From: Acidobacteriota bacterium
GTDB lineage: Bacteria > Acidobacteriota > Vicinamibacteria > Vicinamibacterales > UBA2999
Direction: 5' to 3'
Length of the DNA: 64,000 bases
Assembly (NCBI GenBank): GCA_031376505.1
Contig: JANMDX010000017.1
Span: forward strand, 49,172-113,171
How positions within the stretch are numbered: the stretch's first letter is position 1; every line of letters starts with the position of its first letter. A program made the translations under genes and the position numbers. Below are positions 23,366 to 31,704 of this stretch, piece after piece. The notes under the pieces were generated by a model. The model saw only the letters and a program-made list of their open reading frames with translations. It searched no databases and was not told the DNA's origin.

Positions 23366-24376
23366 CTAGTCGGCCGCTGGCACGCTGAGCAGCAGGCGGC
23401 ATCCGCCGCCGTCGAGCGGGCCGATGTCGAGCGCGCCGCCGTGGGCGATCGCGATCCGCCGCGCCGCCGCGAGCAGCAGTGCGCCGGAGGCACCAGCCGG
23501 ATGCTCGCGCCAATCGGCGTCGAAGAAGCGCGCGTAGGACGAGGCTGGCAGGCGCACTGCCGACTGGGCAATCTCGAGGGTCCGGGCGGCGGTGTCGTGA
23601 CGCGGCGTCAGCGTGACGACGACCTTGCGCGCATCGCCCCGGCCTTCGATGACATCCCGCATAGCTGCCAGCGAGGCCCCCACGGCGGTCGTCAACAGGC
23701 GCTCGTCGCCAAAGACCGGACAGACGCCCTCTGGTTCGGGAATGGCGGCGGCGCCGCCGCTCAACCGGCTCTCGGGCGCGAGCGCCTCGACCACCGAGCG
23801 CAGCACGCCAACCAGATCCACCTCGTCGAGCGCCGGCATCGGATCGGTCTGCATGACGACCGCGGCGTCGGCCAGCCACCGGCCGCGCGTCGCTTCGGCG
23901 CGCGCCAGCTCGATCGCGACCCGGTCGCGCAGCGGACGGCCTCGCAGCGGCACGTCCCGCAGCGCCGCCTGAATGGCGTCGAAGGCGTCGGCCATCGACA
24001 CAGCCGCTGCGACCAGCGACAGCGGCGCGAGCGCCGCCGTGCCGTCGGACGGCAACGCCGCTAGCGCGGGCTCTGCCGTCACCGCAGGCGCCTCGACCGC
24101 CGCGGCCGACGCTGGCGCCGACGCGGAGCGACCGACCAGGGCTTCCACATAGTGCGGCTCATGCCGCATCCGATAGGACGGCGGCAGGCCCTCGCGCACG
24201 GTCGCGCGCGCAGACGGCGGATCGCCGAACTCGTCGCCGTCGGCGTTGGCATCGCCGTCGGCGTCGTCGGCAACGTCGTCATCGAGATCGTCGGTCGAGC
24301 GGGCGGCACTCAAGGGCACGCCAAGGTCTCTTGACACACGAACGAACGGGGGCACGTACACCGGGGACTCAGACAC
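23366..24376 (-). CDS. Hypothetical protein: acidic N-terminal tract and histidine-kinase-like ATPase C-terminal region
   Basis: 336 aa, GTG start. N terminus has DDLDDDVADDADGDANADGDEFGD. The C terminus AAARRIAIAHGGALDIGPLDGGGCRLLLSVP resembles the G2/ATP-lid end of HATPase_c. I saw no obvious phospho-accepting H-box. Confidence 0.4.
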   Translation of the reverse strand: MSESPVYVPPFVRVSRDLGVPLSAARSTDDLDDDVADDADGDANADGDEFGDPPSARATVREGLPPSYRMRHEPHYVEALVGRSASAPASAAAVEAPAVTAEPALAALPSDGTAALAPLSLVAAAVSMADAFDAIQAALRDVPLRGRPLRDRVAIELARAEATRGRWLADAAVVMQTDPMPALDEVDLVGVLRSVVEALAPESRLSGGAAAIPEPEGVCPVFGDERLLTTAVGASLAAMRDVIEGRGDARKVVVTLTPRHDTAARTLEIAQSAVRLPASSYARFFDADWREHPAGASGALLLAAARRIAIAHGGALDIGPLDGGGCRLLLSVPAAD

Positions 24377-24413
24377 GAAGGGAGCCTCGCCATCTAGAAT
24401 TCGCGCGGCTAGT

Positions 24414-25871
24414 TTACATCACGGGCGCGCGAATCCCTCGGCCTGGACGCGCGTTGGTGATGCGCCCTTGGTCCACAACGAGCACGCCGCCCACAATCAC
24501 GTACGGAATTCCGGCAGACGGAATGGAGGCATCCTCGTACGTCGCTCGATCGATCACCGTTTGGGGATTGAAGATCGCGAAGTCTGCGTCGGCCCCGACT
24601 TTCACGCGTCCCTTGGCAGACATCGCGGGCGTGCGTCGCTCCAAGCGCTGCGCGGGCCTCAACGTCATCCGCGCGAGGGCGTCCATCAGGCTCAACGCGC
24701 GCTCGTCACGGACGTACTTGCCGAGTACTCTGGCGTACGAGCCCGACGTGCGCGGATGGCCGCGGCCGTTCTCGATGAAGCCGTCACTGGCAATCATCGC
24801 GAGCGGGCTCGCAATGGCGGCGCGGGTCTGCGCCTCGGATCGCCCGTGGATGATGATCGTGCCGCCTTCGGCGCGCGCCTTGGCGAAGCTGACGCGCGTG
24901 AGGCGCTCGCCCGTGCGCACGAGCTGATGCAGCTGGAATTTCTCGTCGGGCCACGTCTTCCAGTCGTCAAAGAGCGCCGACTGGATCTCGGTCATGCCTG
25001 CGCCGTACGGATACGCCTCGGTCGTCACGTCCTGGCCCGCATCGCGTGCGGCCTGAATCGCGGCGAGAAACTCTTCGAGCTGGTCGCCGGCCACTGAGTT
25101 CACGTGCACCAGATGAAGCGCCACCCCCGCCGACTTCGCGGCGGCGATGGTCTCCTTCAAGCCGGTGATGTCACCGCGCATGTGGATGTGCGCCGAGGCG
25201 TTCCCGGCGGCGGCCACCCGGAACATCCGCTCGAATTCGGCCATGGGCGCGCCGGGCGTGTAGGCACTGCCGAAGCCGACGGCCACGGCGCCCTGGGCGA
25301 GCCCCTGCTTCAAGATGGACTCCATCTCGGCCATCTGGGCCTCGGTAGCGGTGCCGCTGCCCCCGATTCCGGCCGGCAGCAGGCCCGTGCCCGGGTCGCC
25401 CAGGACCTTCATGCGCGCGGGGATGTGGCCCACCGACACGCCGTAGTTCACGATCTGACCAGCCTTGCGCGCGTCGTACCAGGCTGCGACGTCGCCCGTG
25501 CCCACTTCGAGCTCGAAGGCTGACGTCACGCCGTCGCGCACCATCATCGCGTAGGACTCTTCCTGCTGGCCGTGCTCGTGCAGGTCGATGAAGCCCGGCG
25601 CCACGACATGGTTCGCGGCATCCACGACCCTCGTGCCCTGGAGCGGCGTCTCGGAGATCGTTGCGATGCGGCCGCCCTGAATGCCCACGTGACGCACGCC
25701 ATCGAGGGCCGACTCCGGATCCATCACGCGGCCGTTCGCGATGACCAGATCGTAGGTGGGCGCCGCGGGCGCTGGCGGAGACGAGGAACACCCCGCCAGC
25801 AGAAGGCAGAGTGAGGGGACCAGGGACCGGGGACTGGGGATTCGGCAGCGTGACAGCGTGACAGCGTGCAT
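24414..25871 (-). CDS. N-acyl-D-amino-acid deacylase (D-aminoacylase) family amidohydrolase, probable lipoprotein
   Basis: DLVIANGRVMDP...GFIDLHEHG metal-binding start of the amidohydrolase fold, with the C-terminal pattern of D-aminoacylases. The N terminus carries a lipobox, LLLAGCSS. Confidence 0.8.
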   Translation of the reverse strand: MHAVTLSRCRIPSPRSLVPSLCLLLAGCSSSPPAPAAPTYDLVIANGRVMDPESALDGVRHVGIQGGRIATISETPLQGTRVVDAANHVVAPGFIDLHEHGQQEESYAMMVRDGVTSAFELEVGTGDVAAWYDARKAGQIVNYGVSVGHIPARMKVLGDPGTGLLPAGIGGSGTATEAQMAEMESILKQGLAQGAVAVGFGSAYTPGAPMAEFERMFRVAAAGNASAHIHMRGDITGLKETIAAAKSAGVALHLVHVNSVAGDQLEEFLAAIQAARDAGQDVTTEAYPYGAGMTEIQSALFDDWKTWPDEKFQLHQLVRTGERLTRVSFAKARAEGGTIIIHGRSEAQTRAAIASPLAMIASDGFIENGRGHPRTSGSYARVLGKYVRDERALSLMDALARMTLRPAQRLERRTPAMSAKGRVKVGADADFAIFNPQTVIDRATYEDASIPSAGIPYVIVGGVLVVDQGRITNARPGRGIRAPVM

Positions 25872-25916
25872 GTGTCTCCTTCGCGGCCTAGTCCCTAGTC
25901 CCTAGTCCGTAGTCCC
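25813..25916. repeat. Micro-repeat tract: GGGAC(C/T)N heptamers (25813-25840), CAGCGTGA octamer x3 (25846-25868), TAGTCCC heptamer x4 (25889-25916)
   Basis: Read directly from the sequence. The tract spans the 5' end of the D-aminoacylase gene and the 47-nt gap to the upstream M20 gene stop. Related units recur at 35794-35880 and 52719-52768. Confidence 0.75.
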
Positions 25917-25918
25917 TG

Positions 25919-27328
25919 CTACCTCGCCCGCGCGAGCTCCATGACCACGTCGCGCTGGAAGCGCACGAACCGGTGCAGCTCCGAGATCAGGATCCGCTCC
26001 TGATCGCTGTGCGCGCCGAAGCCTTTCTGACCGTCCTCAGAATCAGTCGCCGGGCCGATGCCGTAGCACTGCGGGCCCTTCGCGCGAATGTTCGACATGT
26101 CGGTCGCGCCCGTCCCCATTGTGGGCAGCGTCACCGTGTCGTAGTGCTTCGTGATCTGGGCCTCGATCGCGGCAAAGGCCTCGGTGTTGAGGCGCGAGCC
26201 GCCGGCGGGCCGGTACCGGTCGCGCGCCCAGCGCACTTCCACCTTCGGGTCGTTCACCACCTTGCGCACCTGGTCGAGGAATTTCTCTTGGTCCTCGTCT
26301 GGATGCAGGCGCACGTCGAGTGTCGCTTTGGCTTCCGATGGGATCACGTTGTAGCGGAAGCCGGTCGACAGAATCGTCGGCACGAGCGAGGTGTGCGTCA
26401 TCGACCAGTGCTGAGGCTCGTTCACGAGCAGCCAGTCCTCGGCCGGCCCGTGCACCTTCGGATCGGGGTTGAGCAGTGCGCGATACCGCTGCGCCACGGC
26501 CGGCTCGGAAATTGTCGTGAGCTTCTTGAAGTACGCGGCGGTCGTCTCATTGAGACGCAGCGGCGGTCTCCAGGCGCCAATCTTCCCCACCGCGGCCGCC
26601 ACGCCGAGCACGGCGCTGTTCTGGTTCGGCACCGAGCCGTGGCCGGCCGGTCCCGTCACGATGAGCTCGATCGGCCGCGGCTCCTTCTCGGTCGTGCCGA
26701 TGTTGGCCTGCACGACCTTGCCGCCACGCCGCACCACCCCGCCGCCCTCGGCCAGGCAGAACTCGGCGTCGATGGCGTCGAAGTGGCTGTCGGCCATGAA
26801 CTGCGCGCCCACGTCGGGGGCGCCTTCCTCGCCCGACTCGGCCAGCAGGATCACGTCGCGGTCGAGCGACGTCTTGGCGCGGTGCAACTGCAGGATCAGC
26901 ATCAGGCCGGCGACCAGGTTGTCCTTGTCGTCCACCGTGCCGCGGCCGTAGACGTAGCCCCCGTCGACCACGCCTCCAAAGGGCGGGAACGTCCACTTCT
27001 TCGGATCGACCGTGACGACGTCGGTGTGACCGAGTACCAGCACCGGCTTCTTCTTGCCGTTCCCCGTGATGCGCACCACGAGGTTCGGGCGCGACGGGTC
27101 CTTGGCAAACACCTGATACGGAATGCCTTCGGCGTCGAGCACCTCCTTCAGGTACTCGACCGCGCGAACTTCGTTCCCCGGAGGGCTGCTGGTATCGAGC
27201 TGCAGCAGAGCCTGGAAGTGCTTGAGCGTCTCGGCTTCGAACGCGGCCAGGTCGGCCGCCGGTTGCGCGTGGGTTGCCGAGGTCAATGCGGCCATCACAA
27301 GGCTCGAGCACAGCAGTCGCAGTCTCAT
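25919..27328 (-). CDS. M20/M25/M40 family metallopeptidase (secreted dipeptidase-like)
   Basis: Signal peptide present. LGHTDVVTVDPKKWTFPPFGG and DDKDN motifs, and a GEEG-type block (ESGEEGAP). Confidence 0.85.
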   Translation of the reverse strand: MRLRLLCSSLVMAALTSATHAQPAADLAAFEAETLKHFQALLQLDTSSPPGNEVRAVEYLKEVLDAEGIPYQVFAKDPSRPNLVVRITGNGKKKPVLVLGHTDVVTVDPKKWTFPPFGGVVDGGYVYGRGTVDDKDNLVAGLMLILQLHRAKTSLDRDVILLAESGEEGAPDVGAQFMADSHFDAIDAEFCLAEGGGVVRRGGKVVQANIGTTEKEPRPIELIVTGPAGHGSVPNQNSAVLGVAAAVGKIGAWRPPLRLNETTAAYFKKLTTISEPAVAQRYRALLNPDPKVHGPAEDWLLVNEPQHWSMTHTSLVPTILSTGFRYNVIPSEAKATLDVRLHPDEDQEKFLDQVRKVVNDPKVEVRWARDRYRPAGGSRLNTEAFAAIEAQITKHYDTVTLPTMGTGATDMSNIRAKGPQCYGIGPATDSEDGQKGFGAHSDQERILISELHRFVRFQRDVVMELARAR

Positions 27329-27412
27329 CGTTCACCCCAAGTAGGCGGCCCCGAGGCCGCGCCCCATGGTACACGGTCAGCCGGACGCTTATGTTGGCAG
27401 GCGCGCGCACGC

Positions 27413-28354
27413 TCAGACCGCGTCGACGGGCACATCGCCGACGCCCCACCAGCGCTCGAACCGCGGCGTGACCCAGAGCACCCAGGGCACCAGGGCCGCT
27501 CCCGCCAGCAGGTCCACGACCCAGTGGTGCCGCAGGTACACCGTCGATACGAGCAGCGGGACCACGAACGCCAGCAGAATGGGAAAGAACCAGCGGAGGT
27601 GGCGCCACGCATAGACCAGGCTCAAGCAACTCACGGCCGCATGCAGGCTCGGAAAGGCTGCGCGAGCCGCGTGGTTGGGCACCATCTCGATGAGCGCCTG
27701 CTGGAAGTCGGTAATCGGTCCGCCCCGGAGCGTGACCGAGAACAACCCGAGCGACTCGAAGTACAGGCGCGGCGGTGCGGCCGGGAACATCACGTAGAGC
27801 ACATAGCCCGAGTAGAAGCAGATGATGGTGCCCAGCAAGACGTGCCGGGCCTGCGGGCGCCGTCCGGTGAACCAGAGCAGCATCACGACCGACGGCGCCA
27901 CCACGTAGAAGTTCGCGTAGAACAGATTGAAGAACTCCGTGCGGCCGCGCGTGATGTACTGCTCGGCCCACACCACCGGCTGCCCGCCAAACAGCCATTG
28001 CTCCGCCGCCGCAAGATGCGAATGAATGTCGTGGGGGTTCACGAAGCGCACGGTGTCGTGCAGGTTCGTGTAGACCGCAATGCACATCACAAACGGCAGT
28101 GCCATGCGCGCGAACTCGGCTGCGCCGCGCGCGCGCGACCCGGCCGACGCGCGGTGCAGGTACCGCTGAATCCACAGCACCGCGACGGCCAACAATGGCA
28201 CCACCGCCAGGCGCACCAACCCGCCCTCGATGCGGCGCGAGCTGATGCCGTGTGTGGCCAGGTCGACGTTGGCGTAGACGGTGACGATGGCCGACACGAC
28301 AAAGCCCAGCACGAGCAGGCCTTCTTCGGGGCGAAGTCGTCGCAGCAGGCGCAT
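27413..28354 (-). CDS. PAP2-superfamily membrane protein of the AUR1/inositol-phosphorylceramide-synthase-like subgroup
   Basis: Polytopic membrane protein. C-terminal PAP2 motifs FPSLHAA and RHHWVVD. The overall layout resembles the phosphotransferase (not phosphatase) branch. Confidence 0.6.
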   Translation of the reverse strand: MRLLRRLRPEEGLLVLGFVVSAIVTVYANVDLATHGISSRRIEGGLVRLAVVPLLAVAVLWIQRYLHRASAGSRARGAAEFARMALPFVMCIAVYTNLHDTVRFVNPHDIHSHLAAAEQWLFGGQPVVWAEQYITRGRTEFFNLFYANFYVVAPSVVMLLWFTGRRPQARHVLLGTIICFYSGYVLYVMFPAAPPRLYFESLGLFSVTLRGGPITDFQQALIEMVPNHAARAAFPSLHAAVSCLSLVYAWRHLRWFFPILLAFVVPLLVSTVYLRHHWVVDLLAGAALVPWVLWVTPRFERWWGVGDVPVDAV

Positions 28355-28437
28355 CCCGTGCAGGGTACCACCGCCGGGCGAGTTGAGTCGTGGCAGCGCC
28401 GGAGGTCCGGCGCTGCGGTTGAGGGCGGGCGTGTAGT

Positions 28438-29754
28438 CTAGCGCCAGCTTTCGGCGCGCGATGCGCCGTCGGGGCGGTGCGGACCCTTGCGGTGCGGCTT
28501 GGCCGCGCCCGGACGCCCGCCGAAGCGGGCCGGAGCCCCGCGATGGCCGCCAGGGCCCTTCGGCGCCCGCGGACCGTCGAAGGCACGAGGCGCCGCGGCG
28601 CCCTCGGCGCGAACCGGCTGTGGTCGCACCGTGAACCCGGGCATCGTTGCGCGCTCGATCGCGGCCGGCAGCAATTTCTGAATGTCGTGCAGCAGGTCGC
28701 GCTCGGCATTCGACGCCAGCGAGATGGCTTCGCCGGCCAGGCCCGCGCGACCGGTGCGGCCGATGCGGTGGATGTAGTCCTGGGCCACGAGCGGCAGATC
28801 GAAGTTGACGACGAGCGGTAACTTCTCGATATCGAGACCGCGCGCCGCCACGTCGGTGGCGACAAGCACCGAGACGTGCCCCGCCTTGAAGTCGCTGAGG
28901 GCTCGCTTGCGGGCCCCCTGCGTCTTGTCGCCGTGGATGACGGCCGTGCGAAGGCCGGCGCCTTCAAGGAAGCGGCCGACGCGGTCGGAGCCGTGTTTGG
29001 TGCGGCAGAACACGAGCGTCTGACGCAGCGGGCCCGTCGTGAGCACGTGCGCAAGCAAGTCGCGCTTCTGCTCCTGCGGCACCGCATACACGCGGTGCAC
29101 GACGGTGGAGGCCACGACGTGTTCGGGCGCAACGTCGATGCGCACCGGGTCGAGCGAGAACGTCCTTGAAATCGCGACGATCTCTTTGGAGAGCGTGGCC
29201 GAGAGCAGCAGCGTCTGCCGGGTCTTCGGCACGGTGGTCATGATCCGCTTGAGCGGCGGCAGGAAGCCCATGTCGAGCATCCGGTCGGCTTCGTCGAGCA
29301 CCACGATTTCCACGGCCGTGAGGTCGATGGTGCGGCGATCGAGATGATCGATGAGACGGCCAGGGGTGGCCACCACGATGTCGATGCCGCGCCGCAGCAC
29401 TCGCACCTGCGGCATGATCGGCTCCCCGCCCACCATGGTCATGGTGCGCAGGCGAGTCGCCTGGGCGAAGCCACGCAGGGATTCCTGCACCTGTAAGGCC
29501 AGTTCGCGGGTGGGCACGAGCACGAGGCCGCGGGGCTTGGGACCCTGCCCGTGGTCGGCCGCCGCGAGGCGCTCGATCATGGGCAGGCCGAACGCAGCGG
29601 TCTTGCCGGTGCCAGTTTGAGCGCGGGCGAGTACGTCCTTGCCCTGGAGGGCAACGGGAATCGTCTGGGACTGCACGTCCGTGGGCGTCTCATAGCCCAG
29701 GCGCGCAAGCGGGCCCGTCGTTCGGGGCGACAGCCCCAGTGCGGTAAACGGCAT
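28438..29754 (-). CDS. DEAD-box ATP-dependent RNA helicase (RhlE-like, basic C-terminal tail)
   Basis: Q-motif region, AQTGTGKTAAF, VLDEADRMLD, SAT, HRIGRTGRAG, and an Arg/Gly-rich tail. Confidence 0.9.
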   Translation of the reverse strand: MPFTALGLSPRTTGPLARLGYETPTDVQSQTIPVALQGKDVLARAQTGTGKTAAFGLPMIERLAAADHGQGPKPRGLVLVPTRELALQVQESLRGFAQATRLRTMTMVGGEPIMPQVRVLRRGIDIVVATPGRLIDHLDRRTIDLTAVEIVVLDEADRMLDMGFLPPLKRIMTTVPKTRQTLLLSATLSKEIVAISRTFSLDPVRIDVAPEHVVASTVVHRVYAVPQEQKRDLLAHVLTTGPLRQTLVFCRTKHGSDRVGRFLEGAGLRTAVIHGDKTQGARKRALSDFKAGHVSVLVATDVAARGLDIEKLPLVVNFDLPLVAQDYIHRIGRTGRAGLAGEAISLASNAERDLLHDIQKLLPAAIERATMPGFTVRPQPVRAEGAAAPRAFDGPRAPKGPGGHRGAPARFGGRPGAAKPHRKGPHRPDGASRAESWR

Positions 29755-29830
29755 TCAACAACACTCCTGAAAATTGCCTGGAGCGTCGTGTGCCGCCCGA
29801 GGTCGAAAGGTAGTTACGAAGCGCCTGCGC

Positions 29831-30025
29831 TTACGGCAGGGGCTTGTCGTTCGGGGGCGCGGTCTCCCGCACCACCAGCCCGGTCGCGACTTCTTCGCGA
29901 GCCGTGGTGGTATGGCGATGCCCGGCCGGCACACGGGGCGTGCTGCCCTTGATGAGCTGCTCCGTGCGCAAGGCGCAGACGACGACGAATTCAAACGCCG
30001 ACATATGGCCTGGACGCTCAGTCAC
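29831..30025 (-). CDS. Possible RNA polymerase omega subunit (small ORF)
   Basis: 64 aa. FEFVVVCALRTEQLIKG...TTAREEVATGLV resembles the RpoZ helix pattern (RyelvliaakRArqL...ialeEia.G). GTG start, with an alternative ATG at 30004. The similarity judgement is weak. Confidence 0.4.
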   Translation of the reverse strand: MTERPGHMSAFEFVVVCALRTEQLIKGSTPRVPAGHRHTTTAREEVATGLVVRETAPPNDKPLP

Positions 30026-30187
30026 GACTCACGCTCCAAAGGCCGCGGAACCAGTTGGCGCAGACAGAGGCCCACGTCATTCAGGTAAAGACTCGTTGCT
30101 TTGGGTAGAAGCGCAACCGCGGCAGCCAGCGCGCGCAAAGAACCGAGAGGCTCAGTATAGCGCATCTGTCGAGCCAACGCCGGGCAG

Positions 30188-30814
30188 ATGCTCGAAACGA
30201 GCGCCCTGACGTATGCTGGTGGTCCCGCGGCGAGGCTTCGCCGCCTGCGAAGGAGTCGGCGCGTGGCGAAGTGGACACGGTGGATTGGCGCGGTCGCCAG
30301 CATGCTTGCGGCCCTGGTCGCGGTCGCGGTCGCGGCCGACCGGATTTTCACGAACCCCAAGCCCGACGCGCATCTGCGGGCCCTTTTTCCGAAAGCTGCG
30401 GCGTTTTCTGCCCTCGGTGGCACGCCCGTGCACTTCAAGGCCTACGGCGCCGACCCCAAGACGACACCGAATCCGCCGTTGCTCGGGTATGCCTTCTGGA
30501 CGACCGACCTCGTGCCCAACGAGTACGGCTACCACGGCCCGATCCACGTGCTGGTCGGCCTGGACCTCACCGGCAAGATCTCCGGGATCGTCGTCGACTA
30601 CGACTCGGAGCCCTACGGCTACTTCTCGGTGCAACCGGCCGAATTCGCCGCGCAGTTTGTCGGCATGAGCGTCCGCGCGCCCTTCAAGGTTGGCGTGGAC
30701 GTGCAAGCGGTGTCGCGCGCATCGATCTCGATTGCCAGCGCAACGCGCGCCATTCGCGACAGCTCGCGCATCATGGCCAAGACGTTCCTGAATCCCGCTG
30801 ACGTCAAGCCGTGA
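30188..30814 (+). CDS. Membrane-anchored FMN-binding domain protein (NosR/NirI N-terminal-like)
   Basis: N-terminal TM segment. FMN_bind-like C-terminal block ISGIVVDYDSEPYGYF...VDVQAVSRASISIASATRAI (compare DAVSGATxTS, the flavinylation site region). Confidence 0.65.
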   Translation: MLETSALTYAGGPAARLRRLRRSRRVAKWTRWIGAVASMLAALVAVAVAADRIFTNPKPDAHLRALFPKAAAFSALGGTPVHFKAYGADPKTTPNPPLLGYAFWTTDLVPNEYGYHGPIHVLVGLDLTGKISGIVVDYDSEPYGYFSVQPAEFAAQFVGMSVRAPFKVGVDVQAVSRASISIASATRAIRDSSRIMAKTFLNPADVKP

Positions 30815-31698
30815 TGCAGCCGGCCGACGCCTGGGGCTTCGAAGAAGAAGCCGTCGAAACCTGGGGCGACCTGCTGTCGGCGCAGGGCGTAGATCTTGCC
30901 ATGCTGGCGGCGTTCCTGCTGCTGGCGTACGTGAGCTTCCACCGGAAGAGCGTGGCACTGAAGTACGTCGCGCTCGTGGCGTCGGTGGCCTACATGGGCC
31001 TGGCGAAGAGCTACTTGATATCGATCACCAACATCTTCAGCGTGCTCGACAACAGTTGGCCGATCTTCAAGCACAACCTCGCGTGGTACCTCTTCTTCGG
31101 CGTCACCGTGGCCTCGACCGTGCTCTGGGGCCGCTTCTACTGCGGACGCGTGTGCGCGTATGGTGCGTTCACGCAGTTGATGGACGCGGTCCTGCCGTCG
31201 TCGTGGCGCGTCGAGGTGCCGAAAGCCATCGAGCAGCGCGCCAGTTGGATCAAGTTCGGCCTGCTTGGCAGCGTCCTTGCCTACTACCTCGTGACGCACA
31301 ACACGATGGTCTACCGCTACGTCGAGCCCTTCTGGATGTTCGGCCTCTCGGAGTCGGCGGCCCTGTGGGCCGGGCTGAGCGTGCTGCTCGTGGCCACGGT
31401 CTTCGTGCGCAATCTCTACTGCCGCTTCCTGTGTCCGGTAGGCGCCACGCTGGGCCTCGTCTCGCTCCTCACCGTCTTCAAGATCAAGCGCTGGTCGGAA
31501 TGCAGCACGTGCAAAATCTGCGAGAAGACCTGTGAATGGGGCGCCATCCAGGGCCCGAAGATCCTGGTCACCGAGTGCGTGCGATGCGACGACTGCGAGC
31601 GCGTTTACGCCGACGAAGCGAAGTGTCCTCACTGGCGCATCCTCGACTACAAGAAGCGCAAGGCCGGCATCATTCCGCTCACCCCGGTCCGCGGCTAG
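30811..31698 (+). CDS. NapH/MauN/NosR-type polytopic 4Fe-4S ferredoxin membrane protein
   Basis: CxxCxxxP-type motifs RFYCGRVCAYGAF and LYCRFLCPVGA. C-terminal ferredoxin cysteines CSTCKICEKTC and CVRCDDCERVY. 4-nt overlap with the upstream gene. Confidence 0.8.
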   Translation: MMQPADAWGFEEEAVETWGDLLSAQGVDLAMLAAFLLLAYVSFHRKSVALKYVALVASVAYMGLAKSYLISITNIFSVLDNSWPIFKHNLAWYLFFGVTVASTVLWGRFYCGRVCAYGAFTQLMDAVLPSSWRVEVPKAIEQRASWIKFGLLGSVLAYYLVTHNTMVYRYVEPFWMFGLSESAALWAGLSVLLVATVFVRNLYCRFLCPVGATLGLVSLLTVFKIKRWSECSTCKICEKTCEWGAIQGPKILVTECVRCDDCERVYADEAKCPHWRILDYKKRKAGIIPLTPVRG

Positions 31699-31704
31699 CG
31701 TCGG

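Noticed and set aside
25813-25916. Possible CRISPR array, given the short tandem repeats here and at 35794-35880 and 52719-52768
   Set aside because: The units are only 7-8 bp and directly abutting, with no spacers. There is no 25-40 bp repeat periodicity and no cas genes in the window.
25973-29132. Very long ORFs in the track: 25973..28441 (+, 822 aa) and 26547..29132 (-, 861 aa)
   Set aside because: They span three or four independently well-supported genes (M20 peptidase, PAP2, DEAD-box helicase) in the wrong frame or strand. Their translations are Arg/Gly/Pro/His-rich with no motifs. They are classic high-GC shadow ORFs.
29755-30187. tRNA or small RNA gene in the gaps around the small rpoZ-like ORF. 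All other intergenic gaps over 60 nt were also checked by eye.
   Set aside because: I found no cloverleaf-compatible sequence (no GTTCRANYC T-loop with matching acceptor stems). tRNAscan-SE or Infernal would be the decisive check.
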